DNA of 44,512 bases from IMG/VR virus record IMGVR_UViG_3300048851_000084, positions 1 to 44,512 of that record. One strand, given 5' to 3'. Shown here in pieces: positions 22,822-32,569 of this stretch. Each line of letters starts with the position of its first letter. Within the stretch, counting starts at the first letter, position 1. This DNA comes from a virus. Under the pieces are notes generated by a model, which worked only from the letters and a program-made list of their open reading frames with translations, was not told where the DNA came from and ran no database searches. A program made the position numbers and the translations under genes.

Positions 22822-24305
22822 GCGTATCGTTTAGCAAGATCCCGTCAAACCTGCGCCTGCCGCTGTTCTACGCCGAGGTCGACAACAGCCAGGCCAACAG
22901 CGGCGCGCAGAACCAACGCACGCTGATCATTGGGCAGATCACCCCGGCCGGTAATGGGGTGCCCGGCGTGCCCGTGATCAGTGGCGGCATTGCTGATGCC
23001 AAGGCCAAGGGCGGCCCCGGGTCCATGCTGCACCTGATGACCATGGCTTACCTGGCGTCGGACAGCTTCGGCGAGGTGTGGTTTTTGCCCCTGGCCGACG
23101 CTGACCAGTCGATCAAGGCCATTGGCTCGGTGGCGGTGACAGCGGCGCCGACCGACTCGGGCGTGATTTCCCTGTACATCGCCGGCAAGCTGGTCAGCGT
23201 GACCGTCACGGCCACCGACACCGTGGCCACCGTGGCGGCCAGCATCATCGCCCAGGTCAACCGCAACACCGCGTTGCCGGTGACGGCGGCGGTCGATAGC
23301 GTTTCGCCTGGAAAGGTCAACCTAACCGCGAAAAATGCCGGCGCCTGCGGTAACGACATTGATTTGCGCTTGAACTTCCTGGGCACCATCAACGGCGAAG
23401 CCACCCCGGCCGGCCTGGTGCTGAACGTCACGGCGATGACGGGCGGCGCGACCAACCCGGTGCTGGACGATGACCTGGCCATGCTCGGTGATGAGCCGTT
23501 CGACTTCATCGTGTCGCCCTACAACGATAAGACGTCGTTGGACGCGCTCAAATCGCTGATGAACGACACGACCGGGCGCTGGAGCTGGGCAAACCAGATT
23601 TACGGGCATGTGTTCGCGGCGAAAAGCGGCACCCTGGCGAGCCTGACGGCCTTCGGCGTGACGCGTAACAACCAGCACGAATCGGTGATCGGCGTGTACG
23701 ACTCGCCGACCCCGAGCTGGCTGTGGGCTGCCGACGTTGCCGGCGCGGCAGCGGTCGCGCTGCGCGCAGATCCAGGCCGCCCGCTGCAAACCCTGACCCT
23801 GGGTTATGTGACGGCCCCGCCGCACGATTCGCGCTTTATCGCGACCGAGCGCAACACCCTGCTGTGGGACGGCATTTCGACCTTCACCGTCGGTTCCGAC
23901 GGCACTGTGGCCCTGGAAAACGTGATTACCACGTACCAGGAAAACAGCTACGGCGAGGCCGACGACAGCTACCTGGAAATCGAGACGCTGTTTCTGCTGA
24001 TGTACGTGCTGCGCGCGCAGCGCTCGGTGATCACGTCCAAGTTTGCCCGGGTCAAGCTCGGCGCCGATGGCGGCCGTTATGCGCCTGGCTCGGGTGTCGT
24101 CACCCCGTCGGTGATCAAGGCCGAGCTGATCGCCAATTACCAGGAAATGGAAACGAACGGGATGGTTCAAAACAGCGCCCTGTTTGCCCAGGCCCTGGTC
24201 GTCGAGCAGGACAAGACCAACCCCAACCGGGTCAACGTGCTGTGGCCGGTCGAGCTGATCAACCAGCTGCGCGTATTCGCCCTGTTGGCCCAGTTCCGCC
24301 TGTAA
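22818..24305 (+). CDS. contractile tail sheath protein (Mu gpL-like, 495 aa)
   Basis: Size, position before the tube gene, and N-terminal FSKIPSNLRLPLFYAEVDNS. Confidence 0.85.
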   Translation: MSVSFSKIPSNLRLPLFYAEVDNSQANSGAQNQRTLIIGQITPAGNGVPGVPVISGGIADAKAKGGPGSMLHLMTMAYLASDSFGEVWFLPLADADQSIKAIGSVAVTAAPTDSGVISLYIAGKLVSVTVTATDTVATVAASIIAQVNRNTALPVTAAVDSVSPGKVNLTAKNAGACGNDIDLRLNFLGTINGEATPAGLVLNVTAMTGGATNPVLDDDLAMLGDEPFDFIVSPYNDKTSLDALKSLMNDTTGRWSWANQIYGHVFAAKSGTLASLTAFGVTRNNQHESVIGVYDSPTPSWLWAADVAGAAAVALRADPGRPLQTLTLGYVTAPPHDSRFIATERNTLLWDGISTFTVGSDGTVALENVITTYQENSYGEADDSYLEIETLFLLMYVLRAQRSVITSKFARVKLGADGGRYAPGSGVVTPSVIKAELIANYQEMETNGMVQNSALFAQALVVEQDKTNPNRVNVLWPVELINQLRVFALLAQFRL

Positions 24306-24324
24306 TCCCTCCCGTTCCGTCCAA

Positions 24325-24349
24325 GCCACCCCGCCCGGGTGGCTTTTTT
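24325..24349 (+). terminator. Terminator-like hairpin after the sheath gene
   Basis: GCCACCC-cgccc-GGGTGGC-T6. Confidence 0.6.
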
Positions 24350-24362
24350 ATGGGTCAAGAAA

Positions 24363-24728
24363 ATGAGCAACCTACTTGCCGGTACGGCAAACATCACCGC
24401 CAACGGCCGCAACCTCATGCTGGTCGGCGACCTGTCCTACGACCCGTCGTCGGTCAAGCGCGAAACCAAAAGCGGCCAGGACGGCGTTCACGGTTTTTCT
24501 GAAATGCCCAAGCCCGGGAAGATTTCCGGGACCTTGCGGGACTCGGGAAACCTGGTCGTCGCTGACCTCAACGCCATGACTAACGCCACGGTCGTGCTGA
24601 GCCTAGCCAATGGCAAAACCGTGATCGGTCGCAACATGTGGACCGTTGACGCCCAGGAAGTAAAAACCGCCGAGGGCACCTTTGAGGTGACTTGGGAAGG
24701 CCCGACCGTAACCGAGGTGACCGCATGA
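24363..24728 (+). CDS. tail tube protein (Mu gpM-like, 121 aa)
   Basis: Position and size; internal ATG of track ORF 24339..24728. Confidence 0.7.
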   Translation: MSNLLAGTANITANGRNLMLVGDLSYDPSSVKRETKSGQDGVHGFSEMPKPGKISGTLRDSGNLVVADLNAMTNATVVLSLANGKTVIGRNMWTVDAQEVKTAEGTFEVTWEGPTVTEVTA

Positions 24729-25021
24729 AAATCCAGCCTGAAACCCTGAAACTCGAATTCCGCACCCCCATCGTTATCGGCAAAGACGAAGGCGCCGTGA
24801 CCTACACCCATGTCGATCTGCGCGAGCCGACGGCGGGCGACCTGGAACACGGCCAGCGTGCTGACACCCCGGTGGGTGCGGTGATTAACCTGGTATCGAC
24901 CATCGGCAAGGTGCCGCGCCTGGTCGCCGAGAAGATGTCCAGCCGCGACATCAACGCCGCGAACAAGTACCTGTCCGGTTTCCAAGATGGCCCCGAGACG
25001 GCGGCGGCTGGCCAGAACTGA
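24725..25021 (+). CDS. tail assembly chaperone (98 aa)
   Basis: ATGA coupling; sits between the tube and tape measure genes. Confidence 0.65.
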   Translation: MKIQPETLKLEFRTPIVIGKDEGAVTYTHVDLREPTAGDLEHGQRADTPVGAVINLVSTIGKVPRLVAEKMSSRDINAANKYLSGFQDGPETAAAGQN

Positions 25022-25146
25022 TAGCCGAACTGACCAAGTTCTATGGCTGGGGGCCACGCGAAGCCTGGTCCCTGACCCTGACCGAGCTGGGGTGGTGGGC
25101 CAAGCAGTCAAACCGCATGATCGAGAAAAAAACCGATGGCCAGTAG
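24725..25146 (+). CDS. tail assembly chaperone, -1 frameshift-extended form (inferred)
   Basis: The -1 frame is open from 24865 to TAG 25144-25146 and encodes IAELTKFYGWGPREAWSLTLTELGWWAKQSNRMIEKKTDGQ. Slippery site not identified. Confidence 0.4.
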
Positions 25147-27259
25147 CTTCAAGATCACGATTGACGCGGTCGACAACGCCACGGCCGTTTTCCGCAAGGT
25201 TAACGGCGCGGTCAATCAGCTGTCGCGGCCGTTTGAGCAGGTCGGCCAGTCGTTCAAGGGCCTGGGCCGGGAAATGGGTTTGCAGCGCCTGGGCAAGAAC
25301 CTGGGCAGCATTGGGCGCGAGGCGCGCGGCGCAGCCTCGGGGGTGACCTCGGTGGTCGCTCCCCTGGCGGCGATCACCGGCGTGGGCTCGGTGGCCGGGA
25401 TCATCGCCCTGGCCGATGGCTGGGCGCGCCTGGGCCGGTCGACCGCGAACACGGCGGCCAACATCGGCGCCAATGCCGGCGACCTGCAACGCTTCCAGGG
25501 CGCTGCGCGCCTGGCGGGCCTGTCGACAGACGACATGGATAGCAGTCTGCAAGGCCTGGCCAGCACCATGGAAAACGCCGCGTTCGGCCGGGATAACAGC
25601 GCGTTAATGCTGTTCAACCGCCTGGGGGTGGGCATCAAGCGCACGTCCGACGGTGCGATGGACGCAACCGGCGAATTCAAGGCGCTGGCCACCGCCATCA
25701 GCAACCTAAAGAACCCGCAACAGCAAATGCTGGCCGCGCAGAAATTCGGCCTGACCAGCCTGCTGCCGCTGATTCGCCAGGGGCCGGAGGCGTTCGACCG
25801 GCTGACCGCGCGGGCTGAGGCGATGGGCCTGGTCATGTCGGGATCTGCGCTCAAGGCAGCAACCGACTTTGCCAACAGCCTGGACAACCTACAGGGCGCC
25901 GGCACCGGGCTGAAAAACTCGGTGATCGAGCAGCTGACCCCGGCGCTGAAACCCCTGGTCGACGAGCTGGCCGGCTGGATCGGGCAAAACCGCGAGCTGA
26001 TCGCCCAGGACGTCGGTGCCTGGGCGCGGGACTTCGCCACCTGGGTCAATGGGGTGGACTGGAAATCGGTGGGCCAGGGTGTGCATGGCTTCGTCAGCGA
26101 CATCGGCACCGTGGTGGACAAGCTTGGCGGCTGGAAGAACGTGGCCATCGGTGTGGGCATCGCCATGAATGCCGGGCTGATCGCCAGCGTTGCCACCCTG
26201 GGCATCAGCCTGGCGCGTGGCGGTGTGGGCATCCTGTCGTTTATCGGCCTGCTGTCCCGCTGGAAATGGGCATCCAACGCGGCCAAGGTGGCCACGCTGG
26301 AGACGGCAGCGGCTGCCGAAGCGGCAGCGGCGCGCGAGGCGGCGGCAGCACGCGGGGGCCTGCTGGGCGCCGGCCTGCTGACCACCGCCGTGGTGGGCAC
26401 ATCGCTGGCTTTGTCCGGCGATCAGGATCAGGGCGAACGTGACGCGCGAACCCTGGAAAACCGCGCCATGGCCGGGGATCGAGGCGCCGCCCTGGCGTTG
26501 GCCAAGCAACAGCTGTCCCACTGGTATCAGCCGACGCCATCGAGCAAGGACATCGAGCAGCGCGCCGACGACATCGGCAGCGGCCGCCAGGCCGGCTACT
26601 CGCCCGAGCTGATGGCCAAGCTGCACCCGCAACACGCGGACGCCGAAAAGCAGCTGACCGGCATCGAGCAGAAATATCAGCTGCCAGCGGGTTTGCTAGA
26701 CAAGGTCTGGAACCAGGAGTCGAGCCGAGGCGCGGCGCTGCTGTCGCCCAAGGGGGCCAAAGGTCATTTCGGCTTTATGGACCCGACCGCCAAGCAATAC
26801 GGCCTGACGGACCCTAACAACTTTGCGGAGTCGGCCGACGCGGCGGGCCGCATGTACCGGGATCTGTTGAAGGCCAACGGCGGTAACCTCGACAAGGCGT
26901 TGGCCGCCTACAACTGGGGCCAGGGCAACCTCGACAAAAAGGGCCTGGAGCAGGCCCCGGCCGAAACCCGGCACTACATCCACGACATCAAAAGCGGAAT
27001 GCAGGCCGAGCGCGGGCAAGACGCCCCGACGCAAACCTGGGTCAAGCCTGAGCGCGCCCAGGCCGCGCCGGAGCAAGCTCCACCGGAGCAGGTCGCGCCG
27101 CAAGGCCCGGTCAGCACCGAGAAGGCGCAACCCCAGCGGCACGCCTTTGACGTGACGTTTAACGGGCTGCCAGCCGGCACCACCGCCAAAGTGAGGTCGA
27201 AGACGGGCGCCGACGTGGATTCCAGAATCGGCTATTCAGGCATAGGGGCCATCGCATGA
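25136..27259 (+). CDS. tape measure protein with a lytic transglycosylase (SLT) domain (707 aa)
   Basis: Ala/Gly-rich helical protein. SLT motifs VWNQESSRG...GHFGFM...AAYNWGQGN at about 26670-26960. Confidence 0.85.
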   Translation: MASSFKITIDAVDNATAVFRKVNGAVNQLSRPFEQVGQSFKGLGREMGLQRLGKNLGSIGREARGAASGVTSVVAPLAAITGVGSVAGIIALADGWARLGRSTANTAANIGANAGDLQRFQGAARLAGLSTDDMDSSLQGLASTMENAAFGRDNSALMLFNRLGVGIKRTSDGAMDATGEFKALATAISNLKNPQQQMLAAQKFGLTSLLPLIRQGPEAFDRLTARAEAMGLVMSGSALKAATDFANSLDNLQGAGTGLKNSVIEQLTPALKPLVDELAGWIGQNRELIAQDVGAWARDFATWVNGVDWKSVGQGVHGFVSDIGTVVDKLGGWKNVAIGVGIAMNAGLIASVATLGISLARGGVGILSFIGLLSRWKWASNAAKVATLETAAAAEAAAAREAAAARGGLLGAGLLTTAVVGTSLALSGDQDQGERDARTLENRAMAGDRGAALALAKQQLSHWYQPTPSSKDIEQRADDIGSGRQAGYSPELMAKLHPQHADAEKQLTGIEQKYQLPAGLLDKVWNQESSRGAALLSPKGAKGHFGFMDPTAKQYGLTDPNNFAESADAAGRMYRDLLKANGGNLDKALAAYNWGQGNLDKKGLEQAPAETRHYIHDIKSGMQAERGQDAPTQTWVKPERAQAAPEQAPPEQVAPQGPVSTEKAQPQRHAFDVTFNGLPAGTTAKVRSKTGADVDSRIGYSGIGAIA

Positions 27260-28686
27260 AAGGCTGGGTCAAACAGCTAAACCCCGCGTCGTTCCGTGGG
27301 CTGCGCTTCGGGGTCCTGGGCGGTGAGGCGCGATTCGGTCGACGCCTGGCCGTCCACGAATACCCTGGGCGCGACAAGCCCTACGCCGAGGACATGGGAC
27401 GCGGCACCCGGGTGGTTAACCTGGTCGGATTCCTGATCGCTGACAGCCTGGTCTATGGCGGCGGCGACGTGATGGAACAGCGCGATCTGATGATAGGAGC
27501 GGCGGAAAAGGCCGGCCCTGGAATCCTGATCCACCCAACGCTCGGCCAATTGGTGGTGTCCATCCCCGAGGGTGGCCTGTCGATTGTCGAGCGCTGGGAC
27601 GAGGGCCGTTACTTCGAGCTGCATTTCTCGTTCATCGAGTCCGGCGACCGCGTGTTCCCGACGACCAAGCCCGACAGCCGTTCGTTCCTGGGCCAGGTGC
27701 TGAGCGCCCTGGGCCTGGACGCGGCGGCCGACTTTGTCGGGTCCGTGGAGGCCGCCGTTAGCACGGTATTCAAGGCGATTAAGATCGCCGAGGGGGTCAT
27801 TAGCGACGCCCTGGACATGGTGGAATCGGTGATCGAGGTCGGTCAGTCCGCGGTCAATGCGGTGATTGATACGGTCGCGGCATTTCAGCAAATCGTCGGG
27901 CGGATATCGCACGATGCCAGCCAACTGAGCAGCCTGGGCAGCCTGTTAACCGGCGACTACGGCCGCTATACGTCCGGGGCGACCACCAGCGCCCTGCGGC
28001 AAAGCCAGAAAGGGTCGGATTCATCGGCGGACTTGGCGGCCGTGATCGCGGCCAACGTGGTCAAACGTGACGCTGTCACCCGCGCATCGGCCACCCTGGC
28101 AGCGGCTGCGGCCAACTTTGGCGGGGGCACGTTGCCGGTGTTCATCAAGGCCGCCCAGGACCTGGTCGCCGCCGTAGCGGCGGGAATTGCCACCCCGGCC
28201 GATCAGATCCGCCTGCTGACCGAGCTGGCCAGCTTCACCCGGCCCGACTACGCCAGTACGTCGCAGATCGGCCAGGCCAAAACGGTCGCGCAATACGTCA
28301 CCGCTGCCCTGCTACGGCGCGCCGCGCTGGGCCAACTGGCCACGGCATCGAGCAACTACGCACCGACCTCCTACGATGACGCGGTGCGGGTGCGTGACAC
28401 CGTCGTGGGGCTCATTGAGGCGGAAATGCTGATTGCCGGCGACATGGGCGACGATGCCACCTACGGCAGCCTGCGCGACTTGCGCCGTGCGGTCATTCAG
28501 GACCTGGACGCACGCGGGGCCAGCCTGGCGCCGCTGGAGGTGTTCACGGTGCGCGACAGCCTGCCGTCCCTAGTCCTAGCGAATCGGCTGTACCAGGACC
28601 CGAACCGCTCTGATGAGCTAATCGGGGTGGCTGACCCCATCCACCCGGCGTTTATGCCGGCAAGTTTTCGCGCGCTTAGCAGCTGA
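27256..28686 (+). CDS. DNA circulation protein (Mu gpN/gp43-like, 476 aa)
   Basis: N-terminal PASFRGLRFGVLGGEARFGRRLAVHEYPGRDKPYAEDMGR is the DNA_circ_N signature. Confidence 0.85.
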   Translation: MKGWVKQLNPASFRGLRFGVLGGEARFGRRLAVHEYPGRDKPYAEDMGRGTRVVNLVGFLIADSLVYGGGDVMEQRDLMIGAAEKAGPGILIHPTLGQLVVSIPEGGLSIVERWDEGRYFELHFSFIESGDRVFPTTKPDSRSFLGQVLSALGLDAAADFVGSVEAAVSTVFKAIKIAEGVISDALDMVESVIEVGQSAVNAVIDTVAAFQQIVGRISHDASQLSSLGSLLTGDYGRYTSGATTSALRQSQKGSDSSADLAAVIAANVVKRDAVTRASATLAAAAANFGGGTLPVFIKAAQDLVAAVAAGIATPADQIRLLTELASFTRPDYASTSQIGQAKTVAQYVTAALLRRAALGQLATASSNYAPTSYDDAVRVRDTVVGLIEAEMLIAGDMGDDATYGSLRDLRRAVIQDLDARGASLAPLEVFTVRDSLPSLVLANRLYQDPNRSDELIGVADPIHPAFMPASFRALSS

Positions 28687-28706
28687 CGCCCCGTCTGGAA
28701 TTCCCC

Positions 28707-29789
28707 ATGTTTGATAACGATGTGACCGTGATCGCGGGCGACCAGGTGCTGACCGGCTGGACTGATGTGCGGATTACACGCGGCATCGAGCGCCTGCCCA
28801 GCGATTTCAATCTGTCCATGTCGGACGTGACACCGGGCACGCTAAACGCTGTGGTGGTCCGCCAGGGCGACGCGGCCCAGATCAAGATCGGCGACGACCT
28901 GGTGATCACCGGTTACGTGGATCGCATGATCCCCGGGTATTCCAAACAATCGCACTGGATCCGCCTAGCCGGTCGGTCGAAATGCGCCGACCTGGTCGAC
29001 TGCGCGGCCGAATGGCCTGGCGGGCAAATCAGCGGGGCCAATGCCCTGGTGATCGCGCAGAAACTCGCCTCGGTCTATGGCATGAACGGCGAAGGCATCC
29101 CGGTGGCCAGCAACGTGACCGACCTGCCGATGATCCCCCAATTCAACCTGCTGAACGGGGAAAGCGCGTTTGAAATCATCGAGCGCATCAGCCGCTATTC
29201 CGCCGTGCTGGCCTACGACCTGCCCGACGGTAGCCTGTTCCTGAGTCGCCTGGGCACCACCTACACCGAGGGCGGGTGTCGTGAAGGGGTCAACGTAGAG
29301 AGCGCCTGGGTGGAAAACTCCGCCGATGCGATCTACAGCAACTACGACGCCCTGTTGCAATCGATGGACGTCCTGGGCGACCTGGGCGACAGCGGGAACC
29401 TGATCTACAGCGCCACCGACCCGAACTGTCAGCGGCATCGCCGGCTGATCCTGATTGCCGAGGCGGCCGGGGGCGGCCTGGACATCGTCAAACAGCGGGT
29501 GTTGTGGGAAGCGTCACGACGCAGCGGGCGCAGCCAGGTGGTGCGCCTGGTCGTCGATTCCTGGCGCGATGCGGCGGGTGTGCTGTGGACGCCTAACACC
29601 CTGGTGTTTGTCGAGCTGCCGACCCTCAAGTTTACCGGCGACTGGTTGCTGCTGTCGGAGGTGACGTATTCGCTGACCGAGGAAGGCCACCACGCCGAGC
29701 TAACCCTAATGACGCCGAGCGCGTTTGAACCTCAACCGGTGCAACTACAGCCGGTCCTTGCGGAGTTTTCCCATGGGCTCAACTACTGA
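28707..29789 (+). CDS. baseplate hub / tail protein (Mu gpP, gpD-like, 360 aa)
   Basis: [31 protein letters not shown]...VITGYVD...[11 protein letters not shown] pattern. Confidence 0.75.
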   Translation: MFDNDVTVIAGDQVLTGWTDVRITRGIERLPSDFNLSMSDVTPGTLNAVVVRQGDAAQIKIGDDLVITGYVDRMIPGYSKQSHWIRLAGRSKCADLVDCAAEWPGGQISGANALVIAQKLASVYGMNGEGIPVASNVTDLPMIPQFNLLNGESAFEIIERISRYSAVLAYDLPDGSLFLSRLGTTYTEGGCREGVNVESAWVENSADAIYSNYDALLQSMDVLGDLGDSGNLIYSATDPNCQRHRRLILIAEAAGGGLDIVKQRVLWEASRRSGRSQVVRLVVDSWRDAAGVLWTPNTLVFVELPTLKFTGDWLLLSEVTYSLTEEGHHAELTLMTPSAFEPQPVQLQPVLAEFSHGLNY

Positions 29790-30348
29790 CGGGCAACTGT
29801 CGCGGATTTGGCGGCGCGTCCAGCTGGCCGTCGGCCGTGGCCGGATCACATTCAGCAACGACGCCGGCAACGTGCAAGCGCTGCAAGTGCGTCTAGGTCA
29901 GCTGGAGACGCGCGACGGCACGCCGCGCCTGGGTGAGTTTGGCCACGCCTCACGGCCGCCAGTGGGGGCCGACGTGGTCGCGGTGTTTGCTGCCGGCAAT
30001 CGCGCCGACGGCGTGGTGATCGCCACCGGGCATCAGGCGTCACGCCCGCGCGGCCTGGCCGAAGGCGAAAGCCAGCTGTATGACCTGTGGGGCAAGTCGG
30101 TTTATCTGACCAAAGACGGCGGCATTGTGGTGGAGGCCAAGGGCACGCCGGTCACGGTCAATAACGCCACGGTGGTGACCATCAATGCCAGCGACTCGGT
30201 GGTGATGAACACCCCGCTGTTGAAGGTCAGCGGCAACATTGAGGCCGGGGGTGACATCACCGACGGCGTGCGCAGCATGGCAGCCGACCGCGCGATTTAT
30301 GACGGCCACAACCACGGGGGCGGCCCAGCGCCGGCACAACAGCAATGA
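29773..30348 (+). CDS. baseplate assembly protein V / spike (Mu gp45-like, 191 aa)
   Basis: Internal ATG of track ORF 29725..30348; [15 protein letters not shown]...[14 protein letters not shown]...GHNHGG. Confidence 0.75.
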   Translation: MGSTTDGQLSRIWRRVQLAVGRGRITFSNDAGNVQALQVRLGQLETRDGTPRLGEFGHASRPPVGADVVAVFAAGNRADGVVIATGHQASRPRGLAEGESQLYDLWGKSVYLTKDGGIVVEAKGTPVTVNNATVVTINASDSVVMNTPLLKVSGNIEAGGDITDGVRSMAADRAIYDGHNHGGGPAPAQQQ

Positions 30349-30788
30349 GTGACATCAAAACCGTCTGGATGGCCGACACGGGCCAGGGCGATTGGACGAT
30401 AGCCGACGGCGCCCTGGCCAGTTCCGACGACCTGGGCACGGCGCTACTGATCAGCCTGTTTTCGGATCGCCTGGCGGATGGCGACGACACCTTGCCCGAC
30501 GGCAGTACCAACCGGCGCGGCTGGTGGGGCGACCTGGACCAGGACGTGCCCCTGGGCTCCCGCCTGTGGCTGCTGTCGCGCTCAATCCTCGACGATGACG
30601 TGGCCAAGCTGGCCGTGATCTACGCCAAGGAGGCCTTGCAATGGATGATCGACGACAAGGTGGCCGAGTCCGTGACCGTCACGGCGACCCCGGACGGACG
30701 CAAAACCCTGGTGCTTGACGTGACTGTCACGCGCAAGACCGGCACCCAGTCGTACCGCTACGGCTGGGCCTGGGCTTCGGAAGCCTGA
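30345..30788 (+). CDS. baseplate protein GP46 family (147 aa)
   Basis: [22 protein letters not shown]...[15 protein letters not shown]...RRGWWGD. Confidence 0.8.
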   Translation: MSDIKTVWMADTGQGDWTIADGALASSDDLGTALLISLFSDRLADGDDTLPDGSTNRRGWWGDLDQDVPLGSRLWLLSRSILDDDVAKLAVIYAKEALQWMIDDKVAESVTVTATPDGRKTLVLDVTVTRKTGTQSYRYGWAWASEA

Positions 30789-30808
30789 TCCATTTCCCCC
30801 GCATCACG

Positions 30809-30831
30809 ACCGCCTAACGGCGGTTTTTTTT
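30809..30831 (+). terminator. Terminator-like hairpin after the gp46-like gene
   Basis: ACCGCC-taac-GGCGGT-T8, then GCCTGGAG RBS. Same layout as the tR'-like site at 10036-10074. Confidence 0.6.
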
Positions 30832-30846
30832 CGCCTGGAGTTTCTT

Positions 30847-31971
30847 ATGCCATATCCACGCCCGGCCCTGTCCGAGCTGCGCGCGCAGGTCGCGTCTGAC
30901 CTGACGGCGGGGCTTAAAACGGTCGACGGCCTGTTGCGGTTTTCTAACCTGGGCATCCTGGGCACCAGCGTGGCCGGCCTGTCCCATCAGCATTACGGGT
31001 ATCTGGCCTGGATCGCCAAGCAGGCCACCCCCTACACGGCGACCGGTGAGTATCTGGAAGCCTGGGGCGGGCTGAAAGAGGTTTACCGCGAGGGCGCCAC
31101 CTTTGCACGGCTGCGTGCGACATTCCTGGGCGTGGCGGGTAAGGTCCTGCCCCCGGGCACCGAGGTGGCCCGGAGTGACGGGGTCTACTACCTGACGGCC
31201 GCCGAGGCCAAGGTGGCCGGCGACGGCACGTTGTCGGTCGACATTGTGGCCCGCGACTCGGGGACGGACGCCAACGCCAGTGCGGGCACCCTGGTGACGC
31301 TCGCCGGCGTGGCCGACGGCATCCAGTCCAGCGGCGCCGTGACGGACACGGTCGCCCTGGGCACCGCCCTGGAGCTGGACGAGCCTTTCCGCACGCGGGT
31401 CCTGACCGCCTACCAGGCCAAGGCGCGCGGCGGGGCTATCGACGATTACCTGGTGTGGGCATTGAACGCCACGGGCGTCACCCGCGCCTGGGTGAAACCC
31501 CTGGGCGCCGGCCCGGGCACGGTGGTGGTCTACGTCATGTTCGACGTGGTCAATATCGACAATGACGGGTTTCCCACCGGTGGTAACGGCCTGTCGGCCC
31601 TGGACTCACGCGTCACGGCGGCATCAATGGCAAAGGGGGATCTGTTGTCGGTGGCCGACGCCGTGTTTGCCAGCCAGCCGGTCACCGCCCTGGTCTACCT
31701 CTGCGCGCCGACGCCTTCGCCGGTGCCCTTCACCATCACCGGGCTGGCCACGTCGTCGAGCAGCATGCGCGCCGCCATCGCCCAGGCGATTGCCCAGGTC
31801 ATGGTCGACCAGGGCGCGCCGATTGAAGGCACCGACGTGGATCTGTCCGCGATTGAATCGGCGATTGCGGCTATCGCCGGCACGGCCGGGTTTGTGATCA
31901 CCAGCCCAGCCGGCAACATTCCCAACCAGCGCGGCTACCTGCCAACCCTGGGGACGGTGACCTATGGCTAA
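30847..31971 (+). CDS. baseplate J-like protein (Mu gp47-like, 374 aa)
   Basis: Position, size and N-terminal PALSELRAQVASDL pattern. Confidence 0.8.
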   Translation: MPYPRPALSELRAQVASDLTAGLKTVDGLLRFSNLGILGTSVAGLSHQHYGYLAWIAKQATPYTATGEYLEAWGGLKEVYREGATFARLRATFLGVAGKVLPPGTEVARSDGVYYLTAAEAKVAGDGTLSVDIVARDSGTDANASAGTLVTLAGVADGIQSSGAVTDTVALGTALELDEPFRTRVLTAYQAKARGGAIDDYLVWALNATGVTRAWVKPLGAGPGTVVVYVMFDVVNIDNDGFPTGGNGLSALDSRVTAASMAKGDLLSVADAVFASQPVTALVYLCAPTPSPVPFTITGLATSSSSMRAAIAQAIAQVMVDQGAPIEGTDVDLSAIESAIAAIAGTAGFVITSPAGNIPNQRGYLPTLGTVTYG

Positions 31972-32560
31972 GGTGAATTTTTCCGATGCCGATTACACCC
32001 GCGCCATCGCCAACCTGTTGCCCCCGGGGCGGGCCTGGAGCCGCGAGCCCGACAGCGTGCAAATGCAAGCGATGGGCTGCTACGCACAGACGTTTCGCCG
32101 CAACAGCGACAGCGCCCTGGCGTTGCTCGCCGACAGCTTCCCCGCCAGTGCCATCAACCTGCTGCCCGAGTGGGAGGCCACCCTGGGCCTGCCGGATCCT
32201 TGCGCCGGCGTCGCTCCAACGCTGCAAGCGCGCCGCGCCCAGGTCACGGCCCGCTTTGCCGCCACGGGTGGCCAGTCGGTCAGCGACTTTGAGACCTACG
32301 CGGCGGGCCTGGGCTACACGATCAAGGTCAAGCAATACAGCCCGTTTCGGGTCGGGCAGAACGCCATGGGCCAACAGCTCGGCGGCCTGGACTGGCTCAA
32401 CACCTGGGCCATTGAAACCCCGGCCAACACCATCACCCGCTTTAGGACCGGCGCCGCTGCCATGGGCGAACCCCTGGCCAGCTGGGGCAACGCGGTTTTG
32501 GAGTGCGAGCTAAACGACATCGCCCCGGCGCATTCCATCCTTCAATTCCATTACACGTAA
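31964..32560 (+). CDS. tail protein, gp48 / DUF2313 (P2 gpI-like, 198 aa)
   Basis: FSDADYTRAIANLLPPGRAWSREPDS motif. Confidence 0.75.
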   Translation: MAKVNFSDADYTRAIANLLPPGRAWSREPDSVQMQAMGCYAQTFRRNSDSALALLADSFPASAINLLPEWEATLGLPDPCAGVAPTLQARRAQVTARFAATGGQSVSDFETYAAGLGYTIKVKQYSPFRVGQNAMGQQLGGLDWLNTWAIETPANTITRFRTGAAAMGEPLASWGNAVLECELNDIAPAHSILQFHYT

Positions 32561-32569
32561 GGTCAGCCA

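Noticed and set aside
22818-27259. Long antisense ORFs opposite the sheath and tape measure genes (23322..24329, 24488..25552 and 25216..26400 on the minus strand, up to 394 aa).
   Set aside because: These are typical high-GC shadow ORFs: Arg/Ala/Pro-rich with no motifs, lying entirely inside sense genes that carry clear family signatures. The same reasoning applies to most other overlapping track ORFs across the window.
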